Source of the DNA: Lingula anatina
Taxonomy: Eukaryota; Animalia; Brachiopoda
DNA length: 64,000 nt
Assembly: GCA_051362555.1 (NCBI GenBank)
Contig: CM120640.1
Location: forward strand, 27,304,503-27,368,502
Direction of reading: 5' to 3'
Under the pieces are notes generated by a model, which had not been told where the DNA came from, searched no databases, and was given only the letters and a program-made list of their open reading frames with translations. Below, one piece after another: positions 28,201 through 48,700 of the stretch (position 1 is the stretch's first letter; every line of letters begins with the position of its first letter). The position numbers were made by a program, and so were the translations under genes.

Positions 28201-30752
28201 ATACCAAAACTAATGCAATAGGAGAAGATAAATGAGATTTGTGAAATCCCAGGTTTTTGCAACATTTTGAGTGGGCACAGAAGATGACAGCAACTAGTTT
28301 CAGAGTTTTTTTTCCTGGGAATAGGTGAAAATTTATGAGTGCAAGGATGCCATCCATAAAATTTAATCAGTGTGGCCTAAGGTCAATGAATGGGGTTGTA
28401 TTCACATAAATTTTCGAAGGATATACATGTAGCCCCTGTTTGTAGTACAATAACCAAGGTATGATATCTAGTCACTTTCAATTAAGGTAAAGATGTCCTT
28501 CAGTTCACTATTTCTGAAAAACCCCAAAATGACATGACGGCCATTGAAAAGTAAACAAATTTTGGAATAAATTGTTAGTACCTCAGACTACACTTAATAC
28601 TGTGGCACACAAAAAATTTTAATGGTACTGAGGCGAAGCAGCTTACAAATGAAATAAAATACACGAAAAAAAATTATCAGATCTAAGTACAGTACAAGTG
28701 CTTGAATCTGGTCTTTAACTTGTAAAACAAATGCAGTATATAGTGGAAACACATGTAAACAAACTATATATATATATATATATATATATATCCTCCCCCC
28801 CCCCCAAAAAAAAATAATAATGATAATAATTTCTTGTCCAAAAGAATAATTATTCCTACAGTAATCCTACTGATAGATTTGTAACATGATTGAATATGTA
28901 GTCTTGTTTGTCAAACCACAAAAGATACTACTTTTGAGATACTAGTATTGCCTCTCGCAATATTGGTAATTTTTGTGAAAAATGAAATGATTCAAGGCAA
29001 AGAGTTGGCCACTTGTTTGCCTCATTCATGTAGAGTAAACAATTCAATATCATATGCTTATCATTATATGACAATGTTTCCATCAATATGGAATTTGTGA
29101 TAGATTATATACATGATATGTATTTCTGACGCATGTCACAAATGGGTTTATTTCCTTTAAATTACAATTATCATATCATTGTATTTTGAACATTTGTCTA
29201 ATTAGTAGTATTGCAATACCCCAATGTGTGAAGATCTCTCTCAAGAGCCAAATATTAAAAATATTTACACAACATTGGTAAAGAACTGCAAACAAACTGT
29301 TATATTTTTAATTTTCTTCTTTCATAATTTTTTCACTGTATTGTGTGAAGATACCTACCCCTTTATCATCATTTATATCTTTATCTACTAAATTATAATA
29401 GTTATGGCTATTGGCCACAGGAATGATTAGTCAAGGATTTGGTAGAGCCTATTTTGGAATGGTGAATGGATAGATTTTCTCAAAAACCGTGTCAATAACC
29501 ATAATAAAAGGACTCTTTAAAACTGTGGGACATAATAAGATGAAAGTTTCTAGTTCTGCTGTGGAATGCAGGAAGACATTGACAATAATTTTCATCCAAT
29601 TTTTGCCTATCTCATTTGGACTCTAGGGCAGCTGTGAGAGGAAAAAACACTGCTAATCTGCACTATCCTCTGCTGATTTTCCAAGGGTATGTTCCAGCCT
29701 TTTTGAAATAAGGACAAAAATGCACCTACTCTAAAACATTACATACCATGGGTAAATATTTGCTACATAACCCTATCCATTATGTTAAAGAAGGCAGGTC
29801 TGATTTTATCACAAAATTGATTTTGAGAGGGCACTGGGTAAATTTTTATCACAAAATACAATCAAGATAGAATAGCTTGTAGAAAGAAGAAAAAAATCAT
29901 CTTCTTTTGTCAAATCATGCCATGTATTCTATCATTGTAAATTCTCCCAGTAATATATATATATAAAAATATTCCTCAAGTACAATAATTTAGAATGAAT
30001 CTGATTATGCTGATTAGGGCCTTACATCTGTGGGAAACAATTAAGTTCGGATATTTCATTGCAACAGTCAACAACTGCTCATTGTAAGAAAAGATTATTC
30101 GATAATAATGGTGTCTATTATAACTCATAACAGTTCAGTTGGATTGTGCAATGGTTGTTTTTATTAGTATTATTATTTATAAAAAATCTGATGATTGCTT
30201 TTAAGCAAGGTCTTAATGCCTACCCCTAACATATCTGCTCAAATAAAATTTAGAAGGATGGAAAATACCAATTGAAAAGACTTGATTTTCTCTACTGATT
30301 CACTAGTAGTGACTACATTGCATGAATCCTGCCAAATACAAGTACGTTAAAAGTTATTTTGTCAAAATAGGCATATCTCAAATAAAACGTGATAGATAAC
30401 TTTGAAGGTGGTGAGAATTTTTTCAGTGTGCAACTGATAAGCTATTAGCACGACCGCCTATTAGACAAGGAAAACATTCAAACCATTCTTATGCAATCCC
30501 ATGAACCGATTTGTATTTGCAATATTGGCTAGGAGGAGCTCCGGTAGAGAGAGACGTCTGGTAGTCTATCCCTGCAAATTCTGTAAGTTTTGGGCGTCTT
30601 GAAAATTTCCCGACTTCTAACTTTCATTTTCATTTTCGTTGCAGAGTCACACATACGATATTTTTTAATATATTTACCAGAGTCAAATGAAGTGTGTCGC
30701 AGTGTCACTTACCGAGATCGTCGACGACAACGGTCTCAGAGAAGCAGGCCAT
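16211..30752 (-). CDS. WSB1: WD repeat and SOCS box-containing protein 1 (408 aa); exons 30752-30713, 22751-22580, 21326-21106, 20963-20731, 19768-19596, 18702-18589, 18213-18103, 16373-16211
   Basis: All eight exons are GT-AG and phase-consistent (1227 nt). WSB-specific motifs GRETWDNAWAPDGSYFA, FAPDGSLRLASASRDGTIKLWD...DDGNMYK, HLFPPPRPIYASGAN, and C-terminal SOCS box VEPLQHLCRMALR...LPLKVKEYV. Confidence 0.95.
17782..17955. mobile_element. MITE (174 bp) with ~46-bp terminal inverted repeats, probably PIF/Harbinger-type
   Basis: GGCCCCATTCAGAATAGGGGACTAACTAGTCCGAGGGTCAAATATGG ... CCATATTTGACCTCGGACTAATTAGACCCCTATTGTAAATGGGGCC, flanked by TAT on both sides. Confidence 0.85.
19060..19268 (+). 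mobile_element. Degenerate Helentron-associated (HINE/DINE-like) fragment
   Basis: AAAATTTCATCCAA..., GACAAACTGACAAACAG microsatellite-like tract and terminal AAACATAACTTCCAAGGTGGTGGCAAT resemble the typical 3' end of non-autonomous Helentrons (pattern recall, not searched). Confidence 0.4.
19805..20096 (+). mobile_element. MITE family X, copy 1, with an internal 107-bp tandem duplication and no right TIR
   Basis: Homologous to 61595-61809 (inverted) and 62345-62585. The unit CCGGCTGAAATG...GGAGTTATGTCGAT repeats at 19877 and 19984. Confidence 0.88.
25300..25348 (-). CDS. WSB1: Candidate alternative first coding exon of WSB1 (MRIQHLLEEHLSEFVT)
   Basis: ATG at 25348, open for 16 codons + 1 nt, then consensus donor CTG|GTGAGT. 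Phase 1 matches WSB1 exon 2. Confidence 0.45.
26026..26052. repeat. Poly-G tract (27 nt)
   Basis: Directly visible. Confidence 0.9.
26445..27123 (+). mobile_element. 5'-truncated, decayed LINE retrotransposon (Rex1/Babar-like, CR1/L2 group), 3' end of RT ORF plus tail
   Basis: Broken frames give LNVKKMKEIIVDFRK, FKFLGIHI, KAQQRLYF..LRSF, RMVKTASCIV, HPANSL, SFYPSAVRIFN, followed by AATAAA and a (TTA)n tail at ~27095-27123. Confidence 0.8.
27276..27320. repeat. Perfect 17-bp inverted repeat with 11-nt loop
   Basis: ACAGCATGTAAAACCAC-TGCTAAATCAG-GTGGTTTTACATGCTGT. Confidence 0.9.
28161..28377. mobile_element. PIF/Harbinger-type MITE (217 bp) with TAA target-site duplication
   Basis: TAA|GGCCACACTGATTTAATTTTATGGGTGACATCCT ... 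AGGATGCCATCCATAAAATTTAATCAGTGTGGCC|TAA; ~34-bp TIRs. Confidence 0.88.
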
Positions 30753-31673
30753 CCGCAGTACCTCGTTCAGTGATGTGTAGCGAAAATGCAGGGCTGGGCC
30801 TGGGTGCCAAAACAAAGCCCCCTGTGGTATTGCGGACTTATAAATATGGATTCTTCTGCAATGTCAGTGTAAAAAATCACGTTTTACTACCATCCTGGTT
30901 CTGGAAAAACAAGTTCTATTTAAAATAGTGATACCAATCGCAGATGCAACATGTCTTTCACATTTAAGACACCATCTCATGTGTCGTGTTGTCCGGAGAA
31001 AAGGTGTGTATGCTGACCAGCAGACTGAGTGGCTCGTTTCTGTGTTCAGTAGCCCTGGATTCCCACCCTCCTACAAACCCAAGGTCACGATTCTGGTGCA
31101 GATTTTGGTGCAATATTATCATCAAAATGTATTCTAGGTTCAAATAAAGGATATTTTTTATGGCATTTATTATTTAAAAGTAAATGCAATACTGTATTAT
31201 TGATTTATTAATTTGATTTTCAAGATGTCTGGGTCAGAGGTGAAAACTATGCACAGAAACATTGGTGTAAGAGCCAAGTTGTCGAATCACGAGGAACGTT
31301 ACAAAATGACATTCCAGTGAAATGCAAGATTATTTTTAGCCAATCCTGATGAATATGAGACGTTTTATCGCATACTATAAGATACTATCGTATATTTATT
31401 TATACCATTTATTTATAAGAATGTAGTATATGAAACTTTCCACTTAGAATTTGGAATTTGGTGAGGACTGACGAGGTCAGGTGCTGCTCAAACGAGACTG
31501 TAAAACCACTGTTCGTTGGCTTCGATTTACGGAAGTTACAGACGTCATGTGACCACGTTTTCGTCACCAGCAACTCTTCTTGAATGGGAGGTTGGAATTA
31601 AACCGGGCGATGCCAGATTTTATGCGTTTTCCTTAGTTATTTTATGTTTTAGAGATATATCCATGTAAGGATT
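30753..31673. promoter_or_regulatory. Divergent (head-to-head) promoter region of WSB1 and S6 kinase
   Basis: Start codons are ~920 bp apart on opposite strands and the region is locally CpG-richer. TATA-like TATTTATAA on the minus strand (~30838-30846), ETS site CGGAAGT (31530), CRE-like GACGTCA (31541), M-box/CLEAR-like GTCATGTGAC (31544-31553). Confidence 0.65.
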
Positions 31674-38986
<7,313 letters not shown>

Positions 38987-41012
38987 TGATTTTAAGTTCT
39001 AGGCAATTTTGTAAAAAAAAAAAAAATGATTCAATTTATATTCTCTGACAAGGATTTTACCATTTTATGCTAATATTTATTCATGTTGTCAGAGTTGTCT
39101 GAGAACAGCATCTGGATCCAGATCATGGGCAAATGTTCACACCAGCTACCTGGTTGTTATAAACCAGAGTCAACACTTATTATTATCATGGGCGAGAAAT
39201 CCATTGATTCTGTTGTCTTTTCTGTATTAATGGGAGAAAATTATGTGACAAGAAAAAATTAGTGCTAATTTTCTACCTCAACAGAAGCATATCAGAATTC
39301 CCTGGGGTTGCTGGCACTAATGGTGAACCTGTTATGTAAAAGGTTACCATAATGGTACAGTCTCTATGTGGTCTCGTTTATAACCTCGGAGCGTCTAATT
39401 CTTACTTGTTGACTCATTTTATCATCATTTCCAGTAATTTGTTTCTTGAAAAGTTACTGGCTGCACATAATTTCAATAGGTATCATTCATTTTTATATAA
39501 TGGTCTTTAAAAGCGGAAGTGTAATAACTGTGTCTGTTGTTTAATATGTTGGCATTATCTTGTTCTTGACCAACTGCATTATGTATATACCAATACAGTG
39601 ATGACTCACTAAATTTGAACAAAGTTGATTAATTTTATTTCCAAAGATGGTTTTATCTATACGTCAGAAGCTGTATTTGTGGGAAACTTAACAACTGATA
39701 AATGTTTAAGAAAATTAAAACATTAACAGAAAGAAGACTTTGAAATTTGTAATAACCTTAGTTTAGGTGTCAAGTACAGCCTTATAAATTTGTTGTTTTG
39801 AATGTTCCGTATGCTATCATTATCACGTGACTTTTGGCAATCATTTGTGCAATTGTAAACACCATAATATCATTTCACTAAAACAAACAACACAATCACC
39901 ATTGTTTCTGCTTATAATTCATTGTATAGTTATGTTTTACAGCTGACTCTTAGCGTGTGTGGAATTGAATGAATAATTTTTCCTGGGAGTTCAGCCCTGG
40001 AAAATAATTATATGGTACCGAGTTTTATGTCATTTATTCACTGTATGAAATATGTCTAGAAATTTGACTAAACTAGTAGAATTTTATTATGATTTATTTA
40101 TCGCCAAGAAAACTGAGGTGGTCTGAAATGTGCCAATGGTGTATAGTTCTCCTATATGTGTATCCATTAGGCTTCCCATAGTTGTAGGAATATGGTTGAG
40201 TAAAATGCCTTATAAAGGAATGTGTAATTGTTGTTTGTCGCCATGGTCCTCAACCAGTTTTAGGCATGCTCAGGTATAACTGAGAAGTTTAATTTTCTTT
40301 ATATTTTTAATGTGATAGCATTGATGAAATAGCACAATGGATACACAGTTCTAACTTGTGAAATGTAAGATTTTCTTTTGCAACACTCTTTTAAAAAAGG
40401 AGTGGATTTTACAATATGCCTGAACTGTTGGACTTAGAAAATAGTAAACCACAAAATTAATCATATTCAGCTCCAGTGGAAGATGACAGTTACTGTGGGT
40501 GACCAAGTTGACTTACACTTCAACATCAGAAAGCTTGGAATCATGACATTTTTTACCTGATTAAAATTTATTAAATGTAATAAGTGCTCAACTGTGACTT
40601 TTTAAGTTCTTCCTTTATCTTTTTTTATACATGGAAAATTTGCTTGATAATGTTTGTCCCACTAGGTATATGAAGTAGAAGTGTTGTAACATTTGTGCGC
40701 AGACTGAGCAAAGTGCCCATGAATTTCAACATCATTGTTTATGTATATATATATTTTATTTAAACCACTGTGTAAGGGTAAGAGATTGATAATTATAACA
40801 CTATATTGACGTCATACATATACCTATAAACTTGTACATGTTAGCTTATTACCATGAAAAGGGTCAATATAGGAAATTTAAACGATGGAATGCATTTTAA
40901 TGGTCTTAATGGGTTTTGTCCCAACAGGTTAATCTCTAATTATGGATAATAAGGTTCTCTTCAAGCCGATTATTTAAGTGATTTTCATCATGAAGTATCA
41001 CGATTAAGTAAA

Positions 41013-41122
41013 AATATTTATAAACCTGATTTGGAAAAACCTTGTAAACAAGATAGATATATTTTTTGTTTTAGCTGTGATGTTATAAACATAACTCATA
41101 TTAATTAGATGAAGATAAAATG
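41013..41122 (+). repeat. ~110-bp segment duplicated at 42101-42209
   Basis: AATATTTATAAACCTG(A/T)TTTGGAAAAACCTTGTAAACAAGATA...GATAAAATG is present twice with few substitutions. Confidence 0.92.
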
Positions 41123-41595
41123 ACAGGTTTGTAGCATTGACCTAGTTATTCATAGATAAAAAACATGAGTACCTGTGCTGTGTAAATAATGATAATAAAG
41201 TCTTAAATAAGAAATCTACTTATAAATGATATTGTTTCAGTTTTCCTGTTTCTGTGAATGAACATATAAGCATTATTCGGTTTTGTGTGCTTGCTTATAG
41301 CTGTACATATAACACCACATACAAATCTTATGAGGTACATGTACTATACATTTATTATCATTATTAGATGGTAAAGGCAACAAGATGGTAATTCTACTCC
41401 TAAATTCATTGTAAAGCTAAAAATAATGCAACATTTTACATGTAATAATATCAAAATGCACATACATGTATCCTGGTGCACTAATTTTGAAAGACGGATA
41501 AGTAAAATGAAGAAATGCTTGCTGTTGGGATATGAACAGCAAAACTTAAGGATGAGCAATGTGAAGTTTTAATGCTGAAAATTGCTTCTTTGCAA

Positions 41596-42392
41596 CAGGG
41601 TGACCCCTCCAAAAAAAAAAAAAAAAATAATAATAATAATAAATAAATAAATAAATCCTACAAATATCACTTAAATTTGAAGAAATTTTCAGGACTTTTG
41701 TTGGACACAAATTGTTAATTACTCGAACACATTCCTTTGTTGGACACAAATTGTTAATTACATTCCTTCTTTTGGGGGGGGGGGGGGGGGGGGGGGGGGC
41801 TGTCTCGCTGGAACCTCTGTCCTTCATGGTCATTCAAGTGATTTCAAAAACTTTCTCAGCACTGCCACATAGCGATTTCAGGAAAGAATGAGCAGCAAGA
41901 ATTGGGAAGTTGAGTGGGCACTGCATTCTCTAGCTTTTTATATGTGGGGATATCTCAAGGATAACATGTACAAGAATAACTCTCAAGCAATTGAACTGAA
42001 GGCAGCAAACACAGCAAATATCAGGGAAATCCCCAAAGAGGAATGTGGTCAAGTGTTCCACAATATTTAGCGACATACTCAAGTGTGCCTCCAGTGGTGC
42101 AATATTTATAAACCTGTTTTGGAAAAACCTTGTAAACAAGATAAATATATTTTTGTTTTAGCTGTGATGTTATAAACATAACTCCTATTAATTAAATAAG
42201 GATAAAATGCGGAGGCCATTTGGAGCATATTAAAAAGTACATAACTTTCATGCAAAGGGACTGAGATAATTGAACTTTGGGGAATGATCATGCACATACT
42301 GAAGTTAATGCCAATCAAATTTCTTGGAAATTGATGGACCTTTGTAGGATTTAATAAAAAATTTATGGGGTCCATTTTTTGGGGTCACCCTG
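41596..42392 (+). mobile_element. Deleted and rearranged Tc1/mariner-superfamily transposon remnant
   Basis: TIRs CAGGGTGACCCC...GGGGTCACCCTG. Transposase C-terminal remnant EWALHSLAFYMWGYLKDNMYKNN..IELKAA..IREIPKEEC..GGHLEHI resembles the WPPRSPDL..DFFLWGYLK..GGHFEH signature. Confidence 0.82.
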
Positions 42393-45300
42393 TCCTACAA
42401 CCATGTATTTCTCATCTGTGAAAAATTTTTCACACAAATCTTCATTTTTGCAATTTTATAATCTCATTTTTCTGTCAAGGGGCACTTTTCTTCCTGTTCA
42501 AAATTTAAACTGTTAACTAATATTCATATTTTCATCTTTTGCTCAAACTAACAATTTTATTTTCACTTTGTTGTGTCCAATATTAAAGGGATAATAACTC
42601 TTTGTATGAGATCTATATTTGACAGTAAAAACATTGTGAACAACTCGCAGAAATATAATATATTCTGTTTTACCACAAAAATGACAGTTATAGTTATTAT
42701 TCTGATATCTGAGCTTGTCTTCAGACCACGTGACCTCCATTGATGGCTTTTCTCTGCTATAATCTCTTAAGAGATTTTAACAAAAAACCAAACTTTTTAG
42801 AAAAAAACCAGGGACTAACTTTGAATGTAAAAACGGATTCATTAACCATTGGTAAGTATGGGAAAATTGTTGTTTACTCCAGGAAAATTCATTTTTTTTG
42901 CCAAAAAGAAGAGTTATTATCCCTTTAACCATTTCCATTTAGAAAGCTAATGTATCATGAATTGTCAAAGCATCAAAAAAAAAAAAAAAAAAAAAAAAAA
43001 ATGTTCAATATTTCCAAAGTAATGGAATACTATGAAAAGCGTTTGGATCAAAAGTCAAAGTGATGACCAATGCAACATATATGAAAGTAACTCAGCCTTT
43101 TGAGCACAAAGTGACTAAAAATTACTCAACATTATCATTTGATAAAAAAAAAAAAAACTACCACAATTCACACATTTTGATTTTTCATTACCACAAGCAG
43201 ACACATGTTCGAAATGACATGCTCAATAACTTAGCCCACTTTTTTATAAAAATTAAAGAAACGATATATGGTGGGACTTTAAAACGTGCTAAAATTAAAC
43301 ATAAACACGTTCGCAATAAAAAAAGCTGATTTGCCCAACTGCCAACTGTCTTGCAATCCAATAATTTTTATAAATATGCAAGAGAATTATAAAAAGTCAG
43401 AAAATCAGTGCATGCTTGGCAAAGTGACATGGTGAGTGGATCCAATAATGCCTTGCTAAAATTGAATGCCACAAGTGTTTCATGATTTTGATACAAATTT
43501 CTACACTAAATGTACTTGATTGTTCTTGGGAGTGATAAGTTTCACCCAAAGATTACACACACATCACAAGAACAACATGTTATCATTATAAATGTAATAC
43601 ACTGTTTAAAATTCTCAGCATTTTAAATTACTAAAATATATAAGAAGGTATTACTACTAGGATACTGAAAACCATTTAACTTGTGATATATCCAGCAAGC
43701 TATTCAAATTGCCCCTTTAATGGAAACTTGAATGTTAAAAATTTTTAATCAGATGCACATTTGTGCATTAAGTAACTTAAGGTAGGTTACTCTACCTGGT
43801 ATGTGAGAACATTAAATAATCCTTTTAACTTATTCGGTGCTACTGCTTCTGGGGTTATTTTTTCTTTACAATTCCAATCATCTTTAAGGTTGGCTACAAG
43901 ACTTTTTAAGTATACTATACATGTTTTAAAAGTCCAATTTTTGTCTAAATATCAAGCAAAGATACTTAATTATCTTTCCAGATTCAGACCATACAAACTA
44001 TCAGGCCTTTGATTAAGAATAAATGATGTTGAACTTTCCATTTGAAATGTTAGGTCCAAGTATAGATTGTGGTTTTTAAAAAACGAAATAGATGTTCAAG
44101 TAGATAGTGATTTGTTTAAAAATAAATTATTCAATCAGAAACTGTACAAAACATTGATTGCAAAGTGCAGAGATTGATCGAGCAATGATTCATGAGTGTG
44201 AGAAAAAAATGGCTTTTTTAATAGGAAAATTAGATTTGGCACAAAAACCCCATATAGAGTCTCTTGTAACTAATCAATTGGCTGGATGTGTGAGGTATAA
44301 AGTTTTAATGAACAAATTTAATTTGGAATATGGCGGTGCATTTACTTGTAGTAAAAACATAACTCAGAAGGTGATTGGAATTGTAAAAAAAAAAAAAAAA
44401 AAAAAATTGGTGAAAGTTTCAGGTTTCCAATTAGGTACTCTCTAGTGAAGCAAAAATATTTCTGAAAATAATAATTTCTTAAATCTTATTTTGATTTGAA
44501 AAAATAAATAAATAAATAAAATTCCTAAGGCAGTGGAAAATAAATGATGTCTAAAATCAGCTGTCATCATCAATCTTTTGACCTTTATCTTACATGTCAT
44601 GACAGTGTAATCACATGCTAGTACTTTTTGCATCCCCAGTTTAATAGTACAACTCTGTTCTACTTCAGAATTCTTTAACATGAGAAGATATTTTTTCTGT
44701 CAGCAAATATCATTTCCCAAGCTAAAAAACTTTTACTGGGGAATGTTCAAATAAAAATGCCAACAGCATATTTAAGACCGTTTTATCTTACACATAATTT
44801 TCATGTGAAATTATAAACTTTTTCAGATAATAATAATAATAAAATAATAATAAATAATTATAAATAATATTAAATAATCAGAAGAAAACAATACATTGTG
44901 ACACAATTTTTACCACTGTATTCCCCTTGCTTGTGTACACTAAAATCAACACCTCATAATTAGAATTACTAAAATTCACACGAAGAGAATGTCTGCTTCA
45001 AACTAGTTAGATCCAAGTAGTAGACTCATTTTGGACACTATCTTCCCTTTTTACATGAATGTGCAATGTTCCATTGATAATTGACAGGAAAATGATATGG
45101 ATGATCAGTAGTCTCTGCTCTCCACATATAGTGCAGTTTTATAAGCAACCCACAACATTTCATCCAGCCTCTGGCATCCAGGCTCTCTGTTTAGTAAAAG
45201 ATCCGTTCCCAGCACCATTTTCAAATGGTCTCATGCAACTGTCCCAGCCAAAATAGCACAGATAATAATTAACAGTACAGCCACACATATCAGCATAATG

Positions 45301-45496
45301 ATCTTCTTCTGCAAGTAAAGAATTATGGGAAAGTTTAAATCTTTGGATACAAGTATAGCACTTTATGACAAAAACGATAATAATAATAATAATATTTATT
45401 AATTCTAGCTTATTTTCACCCAAGGTTATGACCAAGCAGTTACATAATTACGTAGAATAATGAAGCAAGTCAATATTTGGTGCATGTGCTTTCAAT

Positions 45497-45742
45497 AATG
45501 CGTTCACAATGAACCTATCATACTAGCTACTGTGCGCTAACTCCACAGGGACTCTTGCTGAATGCAATCAGATTAACATACTTCCGTATGGTGTTGAGTA
45601 GAATACAGAAAAGCTGGTGATTATACCAGTGTGTTGGAAACCAGAGAGGGCGTGTTTATTTGTTAATCTGATTGCATTCGACGCAAGTCCCGTAAAGTTC
45701 ATGAGAAGTAGTTAGCATGATAGAGTCATTGTGTATGCACCT
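45497..45742. mobile_element. Foldback MITE (family Y, copy 2) with ~80-bp imperfect inverted arms
   Basis: TGCGTTCACAATGAACCTATCATACTAGCTAC...GAATGCAATCAGATTAACA pairs with TGTTAATCTGATTGCATTC...GTAGTTAGCATGATAGAGTCATTGTGTATGCA. Core homologous to 32868-32946. Confidence 0.75.
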
Positions 45743-48700
45743 ATAAACTGAATGTGTCCTGTTTGGAGAAGAACTATAGGGACACATTTTCCCTGGTATG
45801 TTGGTAATGAATAAAGCTATTACATTCAGTTTGAACATAAACCTACTGGAGTTTCGTAAACAGTTTCTCTACATTTTTTGTCAGTTCAACTTAAAGTAGA
45901 CATCAAAGATGACACATATACATTTATAAATAAAAAAAAAAGAAATTAAGACAGATTCAATTACATCTGAGAAAGATGGATGCAACAGTTTTCAAATTTT
46001 TAAAAAACTCAGCAACTTTTACCTCAACAACTGATATGACCTGAATAAAAGAAATGTTTTTCACTGTTCACAATTTCTCGCAGCTTTCTACCAACCAGCA
46101 AATTTAACATGTAACAGCCCCCTCTATAACACAACGTAATGGGTTGAAGAGAACAAATGTATTCTACTGCAGGATTGCAAAACACCACAAAATAGGCCAA
46201 TGCCTTTTCAGGAAATTAGCCAATCATGCAGATTTTCAACCTCAATCTTTATCTACCAAAGCTCCAGCAACACAAAAATATGGTTTGGTACTTTGTAAAC
46301 ATTGCAAAAATGCATGCAAAAAAGGCCACCAAAATGGAGCCAGTGTGCTAAAAATGGTTTGTTTTTGATTGGCACAACAGAGCCGGGAAAGTAAACCATC
46401 TCATTGTGTAATTTCATGTTATGACCAGTCAAACTGATGTGATACAGAAATGCAAAAAGAGACCAGAACAAAAATGGCAGTTCTGGTGTTAACGTTACCA
46501 ACAATTTATGCAATAAAATAAAAAGATAAAGAAATAGAGTATTAAAAACTTTCGTGAAAATAATGCTATCATGTTGACTTTAAAAAACTCCACGTGCCTT
46601 TTTGCCAAAAAAGAAAAAGCCTTTCATAAATCTAAAGTGAAATAAAGATTGTTTGATAATCATGGTGTTAATAAATGTGTTGGATGGTGACAGCCATGGA
46701 TTTTGTGATAACACAGACAGACACAGATGATTTATTGACTCCAACATGGTTTGATCCAGGGTAAGGGGTAAAACTGTTCCACAAACCATGTAAAATTTAA
46801 ATGCAACAATCCCATTCCCGTCAGCAAATATAAAACAAATTTTTTGATGATTGTCTCCTCCACAAATACTAGTCACATCCATGGGGCATACTAATATTTA
46901 GCTTAACTTTCCCATTCTACTATATACAAAACAGCTGTCTGCATGGTGTGATAATTCTGAAATTACTAAAACCAATTTCCTTCAGGGGCCTCCTTGGAAA
47001 TTAAAGCATTTCATCTATTACGTCAAAGGGCATCCTGTTGTTTGATTTCATTTGCAAGTCAGGATGCCAATATAATAAAATATGAACCAGTGAAGCAGGA
47101 ATATATACATTTAAAAGCCATACTTATTGCTTCCAAGTCAAGATGTTCCTCATAAAACAAAGGGCAGTTAGGACAGGTTGTACAGATACCCATCAAAAAT
47201 GGAGCTACCACAACCTTCACCACCAGCCACGATTTCTCACCATTTCAAAATTCAATTACTTTAAATCTGGTTTTGGCTTAGCGTATGAAGAACACAGAAA
47301 AATATAAGAAATAATCTGAGACAAAACAATTTATTTCCACTCAAGTAACTGTCTTCCATACTGCACACCCGCTTTCCTCCAGAAAGGATCTATAACTACA
47401 GTACAGTCACACAAAACATTCATGTATATTTAAACATTATTTTTATTGTTGAGTTTACAATTATTAAAAAAATTGCACTTTTATATTTTGAACGCACCCT
47501 ATAGATCATTAGAAGGCCTTTACCTAAAAGCATTCAGTTTTTATTCCTAAGTATTAAAGCATAAATGGCCCAACTATAAATTATAATGTTGATACTACAA
47601 AATCATACCTGATCTCTTTTTGAATCAAGATTTTACCCTTCCAATTCATAAACGAAGTAACTGTCCAAAATAAGATATTCATTTAGAACAGTCCAGTATA
47701 TATTGTTTTAAATCTGAATATAAATAATTGCTCTATAAAGTCCTGTCCTTTTGATACTACCTAAAATTTTCTTTCAAATTTAATTTTAGAAACGATTAGC
47801 AAACTGACAAACTAAGTGCTCACATCGTATGGCTGAATTCGGGCTCATTGACTAAAGTATCTCCAAAATTAACATTTCCCTCTATTTTAAAATATATCTA
47901 TACATACTTTCCGCACAAAAACACTGCATCATCAACACATTATAAAAATCATAAATTGGTACTTGGTTCTGAAAACCAAGCACAGAGGTTACATCAGTCT
48001 ATTGGTATGGTCTAAATTATCATGACGTGGTATAGTGAAAAATACACACTTATCACTTTAGATTACACACACTGTGCACTTTCTTCTAAGCTAAAAACTA
48101 CTTGTGCAAGTTATTTTTATTTCACAATGTGATCAATACAGCAATTCTATCCACCAGCAATGGCATCAACTCATGAACTTATGTTTACAAATAATTCAAC
48201 ATAATTGCATCAACAAAAATATCTCATTACACAGTAATTCACGTTTCTAGAAAGAATTAGCTAATAATCTCCTACATTAAAAACAAATAAATCATGTAGC
48301 TATACAATCCACATACATTTGAAATGAAAGTTATATTGTGATTTTAAAAATCTGCATACTCAACCTAGCTACAACTTAATCAACTTAAATAATATTTTTA
48401 TTGAAAGAAAAAAAAAAACTTTAAAACTTTCTGAATTTATCCACATTTCAAAAACACTATAATTGCAATCTGTACAGTTCATTTCTCACATGAAACAAAC
48501 ACCAACTGGTCCACATTCTGACTGCGTAGCAACACACCAGGTACAGAACTACTTCTAAGCACCACAATTCTAATACAACAAGTGATCCTTTTAAAGAAAA
48601 TCAAAAAGGACTTAAATGCAATACATAAAATCGACAGCTATTTATGAATTACAATCAAGAAACACACAACAGACCAGTGGTCTACATCTAAAGGTGATCT

